The notes: generated by a model not told the origin, from the sequence alone. A DNA stretch of 64,000 nucleotides from Chloroflexota bacterium (GCA_963662335.2 CAXXVD010000004.1:160001-224000); one strand, 5' to 3'; counted from the stretch's first letter, positions 7,426-17,901 are shown. Translations and numbers: made by a program.

Positions 7426-10386
7426 ATGCCCAAGCAATTGAAGTCAACTTTCATTGGCGTCTTGCTCGCATTGCTCTCCGCCGTCCTCGTAGCGTGTAGC
7501 GTTCAGCCTGTGCCTGCGCCGGTTTCAGAGCCAGCGGCCGCGCCGGTCGCAACCGAAGTCCCCGCGCCCACACCGCCTCCCGAGCCGGTTGCCCCGACTC
7601 CTGTGCCGGCTGCGGAACTCACGTCCGATTCCGTCTTGCCGCTTGACCCCGTGGTGACGTACGGCACGCTGAGCAACGGCATGGCCTACTACATCCGGCA
7701 CAACGAAGAGCCCCGCAACCGCGTGCAATTGATGATGGTCGTGCGGGCGGGTTCCGTGTTGGAAGAAGAATCTGAGCGCGGCCTGGCGCACTTCGTCGAG
7801 CACATGGCCTTCAACGGCACCGAACGCTTCGAAAAGGACCAGATCGTCGCGTATCTCGAATCACTCGGCGTGGACTTTGGCCCGGACCTGAACGCCTCCA
7901 CCGGCTTCGACACTACGAATTACTATCTTGAGGTGCCGACAGACGACGCCGAGGTCTTGGAAACCGCGTTCCAAATCCTTAGCGACTGGGCCTACGCGAT
8001 TTCGTTCGACGAGGAGGAAGTCGAGAAGGAACGCGGCGTGGTCATCGAGGAGTGGCGCTCCCGGCTAGGCTACGGCGACCGCTTCCTCAACCATTGGATT
8101 CCCCTGGTGTTTGGCGCCGCGCGCTATACCGAACGGCTGCCAATCGGCTTGCTGGAAGTCCTGGAGACCGCGACGGCTGACGACCTGCGGGGCTTCTACG
8201 AACGCTGGTACCGGCCGAACCTGATGGCCGTGGTGGTCGTGGGCGACATCGACGTTGCCGAAATGGAGGCCGCGGTGAAGCGTCATTTCGCGCCGCCGCC
8301 GGAAGGCGAGGCGACACAGGCGCGCGCCGCCGTGCAGCCGCCGACGGTACGCCCCCGTTACGACGTGCCGAGCCACGCCGAACCGCGCGTGACCGTGTTT
8401 ACCGACCCCGAAGCAACCGGGACGAGCACGTTCATCGTGCGCACGATTTCGTCCGGCTACGGCTTCACGCTGGCGGCCTATCGCGACATTCTCATCGAGC
8501 GGCTCTCCTTCATGATGTTCAATGGGCGGCTCTTCGAACTAAGCCGCACGCCGAACCCCCCGTTCCTGGGCGCAAACTCCTATCGCAGCGGCCTGGCCGA
8601 TACGGCGGACATCCTCGTCTTTGGGGTCGGTGTTGAAAAAGACGGCGTTGAAGCCGGCCTCGATGCCATGCTCCAGGAGATGCAGCGCGTGCGCCAGCAC
8701 GGCTTCACGGCTCCTGAGTTGGAGCGGGAAAAGGCCAATCTGCTCAGCCAGATGGAAAGCTACTATGAGCGGCGCGGCCAACTGGAGTCCCGCGCGCTTG
8801 CCCAGGAGTACGTCGAGCATTTCTTGAGCGCCACGGTGGCGCCGGGCATCGAGATGGAGTGGGAGTTGACGCAACTGCTGCTGCCCCAGATTACATTGGA
8901 CGAGGTGGACGCCCTGGCGAGGTTCTGGACCGAACCCGGCAATACCGTGCTGCTGGTCACCGGTCCCGAAGACATCGGGCCCGGCACCAAAGACGAACTG
9001 AAAGAGGCCGTAACGCAGCAGCTTGTGAACGCGCCCGCGCTGGCAGTGGCGGGCTATGAGGATGAAGCCGCGGGCCAGGTCCTATTGGCGGACATTCCCG
9101 CCGCCGGCTCGATCATAGACGAGCAGCAGATCGAATCCATCGACGCCGTGCACTGGACGCTCTCCAACGGCATCACCGTGGTCGCCAAGCAGACCGACTT
9201 CAATAACGACCAGGTGCTCTTCCGGTCCTTCAGTCCGGGCGGCACGTCCCTCGTAGCTGACGCGGACTACGTTTCGGCCACCCACGCCGCCACGCTCGTT
9301 GCCGGCAGCGGCGCCGGCCCCCACGATCAGGTGGCATTGGATAAGCTACTGGCCGGCAAGCGCGTTGGGGTCTCGCCGTTCATCGCCGCGCAGTTCGAGG
9401 GCTTCAGCGGCAGCGCCTCGCCGCAAGACCTGGAGACGCTGTTCCAACTGCTCACCCTGTATGCCACCGACCCGCGCATTGACCCCGTGTACTTTGACAC
9501 CTACGTCGACAGGCTGCGCGACACGGCTGAGAACCGCCTGCTTGACCCGGATACGTTGTTCTTCGATGAGGTGCGGCGCATTCTCTTCCAGGACCATTTC
9601 CGGCGCCGGCCGCTCACCGTCGAACTGCTCGAAGAACTGGACATGGAACGTGCATTGACGGTCTATGGCGACCGTTTCGCAGACCTGGGCGACTCGACGT
9701 TCGTCTTCGTCGGCGCTTTCGATTGGGATGCGCTGCGCGCATTCACCGAGACATACCTGGCCAGTCTGCCCGTCACCGGGCGCGCCGAGCAGTGGCATAA
9801 CCCCAACATCGACCCGCCCGCCACCCTGGAAGACCACGAGGTCTACTTCGGCATCGAGCCGCGGAGCACGACCATTCTGATCTTTGCCGGCGACCTCGAT
9901 TGGAGCCTGGAGGAGGCGCTTACGGTAGCGCTCATGGGCAGAATCCTCGACATCCGGCTGCGTGAAGAGATACGCGAGGAACTTGGCGGCACGTACGGCG
10001 TGAGCGTCAGCGCCTCGACTTCGTCAATCCCAGACTCAGAGTATCAAGTGTATGCCTACTTTGGCAGCGATCCCGAGCGCGTTGAAGAACTCTTTGCCGC
10101 CATCCAGCGGGAGTTGAACTGGCTCATCGACGGCGGTGAGCAGAAGTATCTCGACACCGCCAAAGAGCTTTTCCGATCCTCTCGGGAAGAGCAAGTGGAG
10201 GAGAACTCCTTCTGGCTGAACCAGATGCGGGCTGTACTGCAGCGCGGCCATGACTTCGACGTGATCAACCAGTACTACGACCGCCTGGACGCGGTGACCC
10301 TGGAGCAGGTCGCCGGCGCGGCCGAGCGCTACCTCACGCTCGACCGTTACATTCGCGTGGTGCTCTTCCCTCAGGAAGATGAATAG
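7426..10386 (+). CDS. M16 family zinc protease (PqqL-like) lipoprotein
   Basis: Lipobox LVAC, Pro-rich linker, GTLSNG, GLAHFVEHMAFNGT (HxxEH), NASTGFD, second-half LSNG and EIREELGGTYG. Confidence 0.93.
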   Translation: MPKQLKSTFIGVLLALLSAVLVACSVQPVPAPVSEPAAAPVATEVPAPTPPPEPVAPTPVPAAELTSDSVLPLDPVVTYGTLSNGMAYYIRHNEEPRNRVQLMMVVRAGSVLEEESERGLAHFVEHMAFNGTERFEKDQIVAYLESLGVDFGPDLNASTGFDTTNYYLEVPTDDAEVLETAFQILSDWAYAISFDEEEVEKERGVVIEEWRSRLGYGDRFLNHWIPLVFGAARYTERLPIGLLEVLETATADDLRGFYERWYRPNLMAVVVVGDIDVAEMEAAVKRHFAPPPEGEATQARAAVQPPTVRPRYDVPSHAEPRVTVFTDPEATGTSTFIVRTISSGYGFTLAAYRDILIERLSFMMFNGRLFELSRTPNPPFLGANSYRSGLADTADILVFGVGVEKDGVEAGLDAMLQEMQRVRQHGFTAPELEREKANLLSQMESYYERRGQLESRALAQEYVEHFLSATVAPGIEMEWELTQLLLPQITLDEVDALARFWTEPGNTVLLVTGPEDIGPGTKDELKEAVTQQLVNAPALAVAGYEDEAAGQVLLADIPAAGSIIDEQQIESIDAVHWTLSNGITVVAKQTDFNNDQVLFRSFSPGGTSLVADADYVSATHAATLVAGSGAGPHDQVALDKLLAGKRVGVSPFIAAQFEGFSGSASPQDLETLFQLLTLYATDPRIDPVYFDTYVDRLRDTAENRLLDPDTLFFDEVRRILFQDHFRRRPLTVELLEELDMERALTVYGDRFADLGDSTFVFVGAFDWDALRAFTETYLASLPVTGRAEQWHNPNIDPPATLEDHEVYFGIEPRSTTILIFAGDLDWSLEEALTVALMGRILDIRLREEIREELGGTYGVSVSASTSSIPDSEYQVYAYFGSDPERVEELFAAIQRELNWLIDGGEQKYLDTAKELFRSSREEQVEENSFWLNQMRAVLQRGHDFDVINQYYDRLDAVTLEQVAGAAERYLTLDRYIRVVLFPQEDE

Positions 10387-10551
10387 CCGGGCGCACAGCG
10401 CCCGGTTTACCAATGCGCCGGGCGGCACGCTGGGACTAGGCGGAGGATAGGTGTAGGATGCGCTGTCTCTATCCGGGCCGCAGAGTTTCCGCGCGTAAAG
10501 GCGGCCCCACTATGGCTATTGCTGATGGCACAGTCCGCCAGGGAGTCTTCC

Positions 10552-11685
10552 GTGAGTCAAGCTGAAATCGACGAACGCATTCACCAGGTGCTTTCTGAGT
10601 TCAAGCAACACAGCCCGTACTTTGCGGGCTATCCGGTGAATCAGGATTTCGACTATTCGTCGCTTTACCCCCTGCTGAGTTTCTCGGCGAACAACGTCGG
10701 CGATCCGTTCGGCTTCTCGCGCTATCTGACGAACACCCACGAGACCGAGCGCGAGGTCGTGCGCGAGGTGGCGGAGTTGATGCGCCTGCCGGCGGACGAG
10801 GCCTGGGGCTACGTGACCACCGGCGGCACCGAAGGCAACATGTACGGCATCTATCTGGGCCGGGAGTTGCTGGGCAACCCGATTGCCTACTTCTCGCAGG
10901 ACACCCACTATTCGGTGCTCAAGATCCTGCACGTGCTGAACATTCGCAACATCATGATCCGCAGCCAGGAAAACGGCGAATTGGACTACGACGACCTGCG
11001 CGAGACGATGCGCATCAACCGCGATTCGCCGGCGCTGATCGTGGCCAACATCGGCACGACCATGAAGGGCGCGGTGGACGACCTGGAGCGCATCCACGCC
11101 ATTGCCAAAGAACTCTTGCTGCCGCGCTACTACGTCCATGCCGACGCGGCGTTGAGCGGGATGATCCTGCCGTTCGTCGACGACCCGCAGCCGTTCGGCT
11201 TCGACAGCGGCATCGACAGCATCGCCATCTCGGGACACAAGATGATCGGCTCGCCGGTGCCGTGCGGCGTGGTCGTGACGAAGAAGGAGTACTCGGCGCA
11301 GGTTGGCCGCGCCATCGAATACGTGGGCGTGCTGGACACCACCATTCTCGGCTCGCGCAGCGCCATTTCGCCTATGATAATCTGGTTGGCGCTGACTAAG
11401 CACGGGCGGGAGGGCTACCGCCGGGTGGTGGCGCAGACCCTAGACACCGCCGCGTACGCCGTGCGGCAGTTCAACGCCAACGGCATTCCCGCCTGGCGCG
11501 CCAAGAATAGCGTCACGGTCGTCATCCCGCGCCCTTCGCCCGCCGTCGTCTTTGGGTGGCAGTTGGCGCCGCTGGAAGACATCGCGCACATCATTACCAT
11601 GCCGCACGTAACACGAGAGATAGTCGACAAGGTTATCGCCGATATCCTGGAGTGGCAGGCAAGAGATGAACCAAAGTCAAACTGA
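10552..11685 (+). CDS. hdc: PLP-dependent histidine decarboxylase-like (group II; HdcA/serine decarboxylase clade)
   Basis: GYPVNQDFDY, NNVGDPF, WGYVTTGGTEGN, THYSV, HADAALSG, SGHKMIGSP (PLP lysine). Start may be 10525 or 10552. Confidence 0.85.
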   Translation: MSQAEIDERIHQVLSEFKQHSPYFAGYPVNQDFDYSSLYPLLSFSANNVGDPFGFSRYLTNTHETEREVVREVAELMRLPADEAWGYVTTGGTEGNMYGIYLGRELLGNPIAYFSQDTHYSVLKILHVLNIRNIMIRSQENGELDYDDLRETMRINRDSPALIVANIGTTMKGAVDDLERIHAIAKELLLPRYYVHADAALSGMILPFVDDPQPFGFDSGIDSIAISGHKMIGSPVPCGVVVTKKEYSAQVGRAIEYVGVLDTTILGSRSAISPMIIWLALTKHGREGYRRVVAQTLDTAAYAVRQFNANGIPAWRAKNSVTVVIPRPSPAVVFGWQLAPLEDIAHIITMPHVTREIVDKVIADILEWQARDEPKSN

Positions 11686-12091
11686 CAATTCGGCGCCTGA
11701 GCGCCGCATCATCGTGATGGTACCCGATGAGCCGGGTTCGCTGGCGCGCGTAACCGAGGCGCTGGCGAAAGGGCAAATCAACATCGAGTCGATTGAAGGG
11801 CGGCAGATCGGCGACTTCGGCGTCATCACGCTCCGCACCAGCGACGACGACGCGGCGCTGCACGCGCTGCTGCGGATCGGCCTGCGCGCGGTAACGTCCG
11901 ATGCCGTGGTCTTCTCCCTGCCCGATGAGCCCGGCGCGCTCGCCCGCGTGGCGCAGCGCTTCGGCCAGCATCAGGTGAACGTGCGCACCATCCACATTCT
12001 GCACCGCCTTGCCGCACACGCCCTCGTCGCCGTCACCACCGACGACAACGACCTGGCGCGCTCGCTGCTGGACGAGGAATCCCTGGTCTAA
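11666..12091 (+). CDS. Tandem ACT-domain protein
   Basis: Two PDEPGxLARV...xNI/NV repeats; overlaps the end of hdc by 20 bp. Confidence 0.85.
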   Translation: MNQSQTDNSAPERRIIVMVPDEPGSLARVTEALAKGQINIESIEGRQIGDFGVITLRTSDDDAALHALLRIGLRAVTSDAVVFSLPDEPGALARVAQRFGQHQVNVRTIHILHRLAAHALVAVTTDDNDLARSLLDEESLV

Positions 12092-12149
12092 GCGCCGGAA
12101 GTCCGATGTCCAGTTGCCCCAAACCGCAATGGTCGCGCCAATGCTCGCA

Positions 12150-12490
12150 TCCGCGTAGCGCGGGGGCTTGTCCCCCGCCGGTGTGCATGGCGCGTAGGGG
12201 GATCGCCGATGGTTTCGCATTTGGAAGAACGACAGCAGAACTCGCCTCTGGATGCTCCGGTAGCGCAGGTTTGTAACCTGCGAAGCGGATTGCTCAATCT
12301 GGTGCGTGCCAGTCTCAATGGCGCCGGCGAGGGACAAACCCCAGTGGTTTCGCGTTTGCGTAGCGCGGGGGCTTGTCCCCCGCCGGTGCGCAAGGCGCGG
12401 AGGGCGCTTGCCGATGGTTGCTCTCCGGTAGACGACGCCCACATCTTGTCCATAGCAAGACGCAGGTTGCAAACCTGCGCTACCGGAGAA
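12150..12490. repeat. BIME-like cluster of GTAG-type REP palindromes (family C)
   Basis: GTAGCGCGGGGGCTTGTCCCCCGC at ~12155 and ~12360; GCGCAGGTTTGTAACCTGCG-type at ~12262 and ~12461; spacers also duplicated. Confidence 0.8.
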
Positions 12491-12647
12491 ATCAGGCACG
12501 GTGTAGTTCCTCATTATGTCTTAGGCGACGGCATGGGGGCTGACCCCCGCTGCTTGCCAAATGACGCCCTCCCTCTCAGACAGGTCGCTTGCGCGGCCAA
12601 ACCCCTGCGTAATCTGCTATCGATATCCCGCTATTCCAGGAGCCTCC

Positions 12648-13616
12648 ATGAAAACCCTAACTCCATCGCAGACTGCTAACCCGCATCCCCTCAGCCAGGA
12701 TTGCCGCCAGTTCCTGGACTACTGCGGCTACCTCAACCGCTCGCCGCAGACGGTGCGGACGTACGCGCAGATGCTGGACGAACTGGTGGGCTACTGCGAG
12801 AAGACGAACCGCCCGGTCGCGCGCGTGGAAGACCTGACGCTGCCCGTAGTCACGGCGTTCCTGGCGTGGAAGCGCACCCACACCAGCGCGTCCACGTTGG
12901 CAAAGTACGCCTCGTGCGTGCGCAGCATGTTGCGCTACTTCAGCCTGCACGAGGACCGCGCCGTGCTGGCATACGACAAGGTACAGTTGCCCAAATTGCA
13001 ACGCCACGCGCCGCGCAACGTGCCAACCGCCGAGGACGTGGTGCGCCTCTTCCGCGCCATCCCGCAGGATTCACCGCAAGGACTGCGCGACCGGGCGCTG
13101 GTGATGCTCTTCTTCTCGACGGGTCTGCGCTTGGCGGAACTCTGCGCCCTCGACCGCGCCGACCTACCTCAGGAGCGCCTGGGCGCGGAGGAACTCATGC
13201 AAATCATCATCCGGGGCAAGGGCGACAAAGACCGGCCGGTCTTCCTGCAGCAAGGCGCGCAGCTTGCGGTGCGGGAATACCTGGCGGCCCGCGAGGACGA
13301 GTTTTCCCCGCTCTTCATCCGCTACCGCCCCGGCATGGCGGCAGAGGATGACGCCCAGGACACGGAGAAGCGGCTTTCACCCCGCATGGTGCGTAAGATC
13401 ATCACGCAACACGCCCGGCGTTCCGGCGTGGGGCACCTGGCGCCCCACGCGCTGCGGCACGGCTTTGCCGTAGACCTCCTGCGCAACGACGTGAACTTGC
13501 GCGTAATTCAAGAGCTTCTCGGCCATTCCAGCCTCTCCACCACGCAAATCTACACCCACCTGGTGAACCGCGCCCTGGCTGACGCCGTGCGCCATCGGGT
13601 CGATCCGGTGAGCTAG
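12648..13616 (+). CDS. Tyrosine recombinase, XerC/XerD family
   Basis: TGLRLAEL (R), GKGDKDR (K), PHALRH, QELLGH, TTQIYTH (Y); N-terminal SAM-like domain; AGGAG RBS. Confidence 0.92.
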   Translation: MKTLTPSQTANPHPLSQDCRQFLDYCGYLNRSPQTVRTYAQMLDELVGYCEKTNRPVARVEDLTLPVVTAFLAWKRTHTSASTLAKYASCVRSMLRYFSLHEDRAVLAYDKVQLPKLQRHAPRNVPTAEDVVRLFRAIPQDSPQGLRDRALVMLFFSTGLRLAELCALDRADLPQERLGAEELMQIIIRGKGDKDRPVFLQQGAQLAVREYLAAREDEFSPLFIRYRPGMAAEDDAQDTEKRLSPRMVRKIITQHARRSGVGHLAPHALRHGFAVDLLRNDVNLRVIQELLGHSSLSTTQIYTHLVNRALADAVRHRVDPVS

Positions 13617-13689
13617 CGCGCGCACCGGGCGTACGTGGGGCTCCCGTCCGCTTAATGCTGGTAAAATCCAAAAGGAAACCGCCACTCCC

Positions 13690-13862
13690 CGTAGCGCGGG
13701 GGCTTGTCCCCCGCCTCTTGCGCCGCCGCAGCCTCCCCGCCGCTGCCCGCATACCACGTAGCGCGGGGTCTTGTGCCCCGCCTCTTGCTTAGCAGCCGCG
13801 TTCTTGCCGCCACTTGCGCAAAAGAGAGGAACCGGTTCCCGAGGGAACCGGCTCCTCTCTTC
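13690..13862. repeat. GTAG-type REP pair plus hairpin between convergent genes
   Basis: GTAGCGCGGGGGCTTGTCCCCCGC at 13691, variant at 13758; AGAGAGGAACCGGTTCCC..GGGAACCGGCTCCTCTCT hairpin. Confidence 0.75.
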
Positions 13863-13907
13863 TTCACCCTGTGCTACGTCATGCAGCAAGCGTAAGGGAA
13901 TACTTCC

Positions 13908-15335
13908 TTACTTCGCCGCCTCTTCCGCCAGGATGTTCTCCAGAATCGGCTTGACGTTCTTCAAGCCGTCGGCCGGCGCCACCGTGCCGGAAATCATCTC
14001 ACCCCACAGCGGCCTGACCGCTTCTTCCATCATGCGCGGCCACGCCGAGGTAACCAGCACCGGGTCGCCGCCGTTGCCGCCCAGCGGGAGCGAGTTGATG
14101 AAAGCGTCCACGCGCACGCCCGGTCGTTCCTCATACAGTTCGCGCAGGAACTTCTCCGCGCCCGCGAGCCGCGCCGGGATATTGCTGGTAAGCAACGCCC
14201 AGCGGTCTTCGGGAATGTGGAACTTGACAAACTCCCAGGCCAGATCCGTTGCCTGCGACTGGGTGCCGACGCCGTAGCCCCAAATCTTGAACTCGGGCAG
14301 CGAGACCGCCGCCTTCGGGAACGGGGTGAACGCCCAGTCGATGTCGGTCGTGTCGCGGTAGCCGCCAAGCTGCCAGGAACCCATCTTGATCACGCCGGTC
14401 TTGCCCAGCGTGAAGTGGGTGAAGCCACGCTGCGGCTCGCCCAGATTCTCGTTGGCCTGGTCGCGCGAGGGCCAGGAGCGGTCCTGGAGTTGCAGCGCAA
14501 TGTACGACTCGTACGCCTCGATCACTTCCGGCGAATCGCACGTGATCGACTGGAAGTCATCCGAAATCCACGCGCCCTCCCAGAGCATGGGCGTGTTGGG
14601 ATAATAGTTGATGCCCACGCGGTCCAGGCCGTACTGTGTGAATTTGCCGCCGGACTCCTGGGTGAGTTGCAGCATGGTGTCGCGGAATTCGTCCCACGTC
14701 CACGAGTCGGCCCAGTCCTCGGACGGCTCATCGACACCGGCGTCGGTAAAGAGTTGCCGGTTGTAGAGCAGCGCGATCGCCTCGCCGTGATGGTACGTGG
14801 TCAGGCCGTACACTTTGCCCTCGAACGAGGAGAACGTCGTGCGGCCGTCCCTGGCGAACTGCGACATATCGTAGTTGTCGCGCTTGATGAGGTCATCCAG
14901 CGGCTGGACGAGGCCGTTGCGCACGTACAACGGCGGCGCGAGGCACATGAAGCAATCCACCAGCACGCCGCCGGCCAACATCGTGGTAAGCTCGATGCCC
15001 TGTCCCACCAGGCTGCCCGGCGCGACCACAAGTTCTACGGTCGCGCCCGGGTTGGCCTCGGCAAACGGGTTCAGCATGACGCTTTCCACGTTGCCCAGGT
15101 CGCGCTCCGAGAACCAGGAGTAGTAACGAATGGTTACTTCCTCCGGCGCCGGCGCTTCTTCCGCCTTAGCTTCCGGCTCCGCTTCCTCCTTGGCTTCCGG
15201 CTCAGCCGCCGGGGCCGTGGCCGCCGTGCCGCACGCCGCCAACAGACCGACGCCCAAACCGCCAATGCCGATGCCGGCCAGCAGACGCCGCCGCGTCAGG
15301 CCGGTCAGTTTGGTTTCTTCCTGCTCTGCGCGCAT
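13908..15335 (-). CDS. ABC transporter extracellular solute-binding lipoprotein (carbohydrate family 1, Tat signal)
   Basis: TRRRLL twin-Arg, LLAAC lipobox, LLYNRQLF, WTWDEF, AWEFVKF; no permease genes adjacent. Confidence 0.88.
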   Translation of the reverse strand: MRAEQEETKLTGLTRRRLLAGIGIGGLGVGLLAACGTAATAPAAEPEAKEEAEPEAKAEEAPAPEEVTIRYYSWFSERDLGNVESVMLNPFAEANPGATVELVVAPGSLVGQGIELTTMLAGGVLVDCFMCLAPPLYVRNGLVQPLDDLIKRDNYDMSQFARDGRTTFSSFEGKVYGLTTYHHGEAIALLYNRQLFTDAGVDEPSEDWADSWTWDEFRDTMLQLTQESGGKFTQYGLDRVGINYYPNTPMLWEGAWISDDFQSITCDSPEVIEAYESYIALQLQDRSWPSRDQANENLGEPQRGFTHFTLGKTGVIKMGSWQLGGYRDTTDIDWAFTPFPKAAVSLPEFKIWGYGVGTQSQATDLAWEFVKFHIPEDRWALLTSNIPARLAGAEKFLRELYEERPGVRVDAFINSLPLGGNGGDPVLVTSAWPRMMEEAVRPLWGEMISGTVAPADGLKNVKPILENILAEEAAK

Positions 15336-15409
15336 GATCTCTGCCTCCTTTGAAGCACACGCTTACTTTGCAATCGACGATGAACTAGCGGTTAGCTCAT
15401 CCTGAACGT

Positions 15410-15438
15410 AGTGTAGTCCTGAGCGCCAATTCTGTCAA
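15410..15438 (-). promoter_or_regulatory. Sigma70-type promoter of the solute-binding protein gene
   Basis: TTGACA-17 bp-TACACT on the minus strand. Confidence 0.7.
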
Positions 15439-15550
15439 AAGCGGTCAGGCAATCCGCGGGGCGCGCAGGCGCGACCTACGCGGTAATGACGAGCCGCCAT
15501 TCATGCGAATTCAAAACCCGGCTACGGCACGGAGGCGGGCGGGCGCGGCG

Positions 15551-16342
15551 TCAAGCCTGCGCCGCTTCGTCGTGCATCGCAATCATGAGCGCGGCCAGAG
15601 AGATTATGTCGAGAACGTTGTGGTGGAAAACGCCCTCAAGGGAATCGAGGTCGCCGGTCTCCAGGAAGTCGAAGTAGAGGCCCGGCACGTCGCCGGAAGG
15701 CACGTCGCCCTGCCGCTTGAAGCCGAGCACGCCCTCTTCCAGGGTCTGCAAGCGGCAGTTGGGCAACCGCCGCTGCCAGAGCCGCCGCGCGCCGTAGAGC
15801 AGGTCGCAGTGCAGAATGTCGCGAAAGCTGAACTTCACGCCAAGCGCCCGCATACGGGTGCGCAACAATGGCACATCGAAACTGACGCCGTTGAAGGTGG
15901 TGATGGTGGGACACTCGCCAAGCGTCTCCGCGACCGCGTGCAGCATGGCGGCCTCTTCGTCGGGACTGCGGATGAAGTGCTGCCGCACCACGAAGGCGTC
16001 GTCCTCCACGAATCCCAACCCCACCAGAAAGGCATACGTGCCCGGCCCGCCCAGGCCGGTGGTCTCGGTATCCAGGAAGAGCATCCGCCGCACGTCGGGC
16101 GGAGCGCTGTCTCCGCTCCCGCCGGTCGATTCCCGGCCCTGCGCCGCGCCATCCCCGGCAGGCGCGGCTTCGCCACGACGCCGGTAGTCACGCGGCCGCC
16201 GCGCGCCGCACGTGCGCAGAACCTGGGCCGTATCTACTTCCAAGACCCGCCCCAGCGCGTACTTCCCGTGCGTGGAATCTGGTGGATGCGCTACTGAACG
16301 CCCCAAGTGCACACCGTGCGCTGACGTGCTCGATTGCCACAT
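15551..16342 (-). CDS. YprB-like RNase H-fold (DEDD) exonuclease domain protein
   Basis: FLDTETTGL, TFNGVSFDVPLL, HCDLL, LEEGVLGF, HNVLDI; start uncertain. Confidence 0.85.
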   Translation of the reverse strand: MWQSSTSAHGVHLGRSVAHPPDSTHGKYALGRVLEVDTAQVLRTCGARRPRDYRRRGEAAPAGDGAAQGRESTGGSGDSAPPDVRRMLFLDTETTGLGGPGTYAFLVGLGFVEDDAFVVRQHFIRSPDEEAAMLHAVAETLGECPTITTFNGVSFDVPLLRTRMRALGVKFSFRDILHCDLLYGARRLWQRRLPNCRLQTLEEGVLGFKRQGDVPSGDVPGLYFDFLETGDLDSLEGVFHHNVLDIISLAALMIAMHDEAAQA

Positions 16343-16427
16343 GCGTAATTGCGTCCTTGGTCTGGAACGGAGTAAAGCGGGTACTGCTTTGCGCTGGCAA
16401 GTAAGATGAACCAGATAGCACGCCAGT

Positions 16428-16688
16428 TCATGCCAGACAGAATTCGCGCTTGACTTCCTCGTGGCTGACTACGCGCCCGGCTTGTATGTCCGACAACCCC
16501 TCGCGGACTGCGTCCGCCTCGGCCGGTGATTCGGGTTCGTCGTCTATCGGCGCCGCCATCAGCCGCTGATATAGCGAAGTCCTGCCGTTGTGCTGCAAAT
16601 ACTCCAGAAAGCCTTCAGCCGCACGAAGTTCACTGGTGGGCAAGGCATCTACCAAGCGGTGGAGCCGTTCTTTCGCGCTCGAGCTCAT
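16428..16688 (-). CDS. Putative antitoxin / addiction-module component (orphan)
   Basis: KERLHRLVDALP...LEYL...DDEP...GRVVSHEEVKRE pattern; own TGTATAAT -10 upstream. Confidence 0.65.
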   Translation of the reverse strand: MSSSAKERLHRLVDALPTSELRAAEGFLEYLQHNGRTSLYQRLMAAPIDDEPESPAEADAVREGLSDIQAGRVVSHEEVKREFCLA

Positions 16689-16836
16689 GTGAGCCTCACT
16701 GCCTTTTCTTTGTCGCTTACTCTCTACCAGTCTGAGGGCAACAGCCAATATCGGAAAGTCTAATCCCGGAAAGGCTTGCACATTATACATTAGGGCCAAA
16801 GGCCGGCGCATTAGGCCGCAATAGGGCGCATGCACA

Positions 16837-17805
16837 TCAATTGGAAGCGCCAAAGAGAATCCCGCTATCGGCGCCATCTTCAGGCAGTGATTCATCCACC
16901 AGTTCGTCAAGCGTGGGGGAGCCGCTCTTGGGCAGCGTGACGTCGTCCATGTCCAACACGGCGTCGATGAGGTTCATGAGCAGCCAGGCGTGGGTCGCCT
17001 CCAGCATGAAGACTTCCGGTTTGGCGCGGGCGGTATCGCGCATGATGCCGAGGCCGTCGCTGTACGGCTCGAACGAGACAATTCGTTCCAGACGGACGCG
17101 AAAGCTCTTGGCGCCGCCGGTGAAGTAGATGTGCTTCGTGGTGATGCCCAGCAGGCCGGTGTCCACGTGTTCCATGGCGCTCGTCTCCACGGACTTGCCG
17201 CGAAACTGCCCCGGCCGCACGTACACGCCGGGCATGACGCGAATGCTCAGGCCCAGGGAGCGGCCGCGAAATTCCCGGCGGGTGATCTCTTGCCAGTATC
17301 CCACGTCCGTGAAGACCCAGAGCAGGGCTTCGCTCTTCATCAGGTTGAACGGCAGGGGGCCAAAGCGGGCGCGCGCCGCCCGGCGGTCGTAACGGGGTAT
17401 CACGCCGTCGTCGCGCACCGCCTTCAGCAGCACCATCATGCGGTAGACGGAAAAGTGGCCCTCCGCATCAAGTTCTTGCGCGCTGAGGTTGAAGTGCGCG
17501 CGAAAGCGGTCGAGGCCGTGCTTCTCCGCGCCGGAGAGCGAACGGTCTTCGATGGCGGACTCCACAGCGTTGCCCCACGCCGCAGCCAGCCTGCGCGCAA
17601 GCTGACCCTCGGTCAGCGCGACATTGCCGGCCGCCGCCAGTTCCCGCACCCGGCCCGGCAACGCGTCAAGGCCCTCGCCCCGCAATGCGGCCGCCGCGCA
17701 GACCTCGTCGATCGCGGCGGCGGCCTGCTCGTGCCGCCGCGCGCAGTCATCGTGCTGCTTGCGGAAGAACCCGGCGGGCTTGCCGCAGTACCGGCAGTCA
17801 CCCAT
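16837..17805 (-). CDS. Conserved hypothetical protein with N-terminal CxxC motif
   Basis: MGDCRYCGKPAGFF..H..C; C-terminal DTGLLGITTKHIYFTG (PH-like strand pattern); GGGAG RBS. Confidence 0.75.
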   Translation of the reverse strand: MGDCRYCGKPAGFFRKQHDDCARRHEQAAAAIDEVCAAAALRGEGLDALPGRVRELAAAGNVALTEGQLARRLAAAWGNAVESAIEDRSLSGAEKHGLDRFRAHFNLSAQELDAEGHFSVYRMMVLLKAVRDDGVIPRYDRRAARARFGPLPFNLMKSEALLWVFTDVGYWQEITRREFRGRSLGLSIRVMPGVYVRPGQFRGKSVETSAMEHVDTGLLGITTKHIYFTGGAKSFRVRLERIVSFEPYSDGLGIMRDTARAKPEVFMLEATHAWLLMNLIDAVLDMDDVTLPKSGSPTLDELVDESLPEDGADSGILFGASN

Positions 17806-17901
17806 ATTTGCTCCCTTCCTGCCGGCTGGCAAGAGACTTGGCCGGCCACGTAACCGAGTTGCGGGCTTGTGCGGTTGAGCCTCTTGCCAGCGGCCCAGCA
17901 G

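Noticed and set aside
12648-13616. Integron integrase or prophage integrase
   Set aside because: No recognisable IntI-specific insertion, attC cassette array, phage genes or att repeats.
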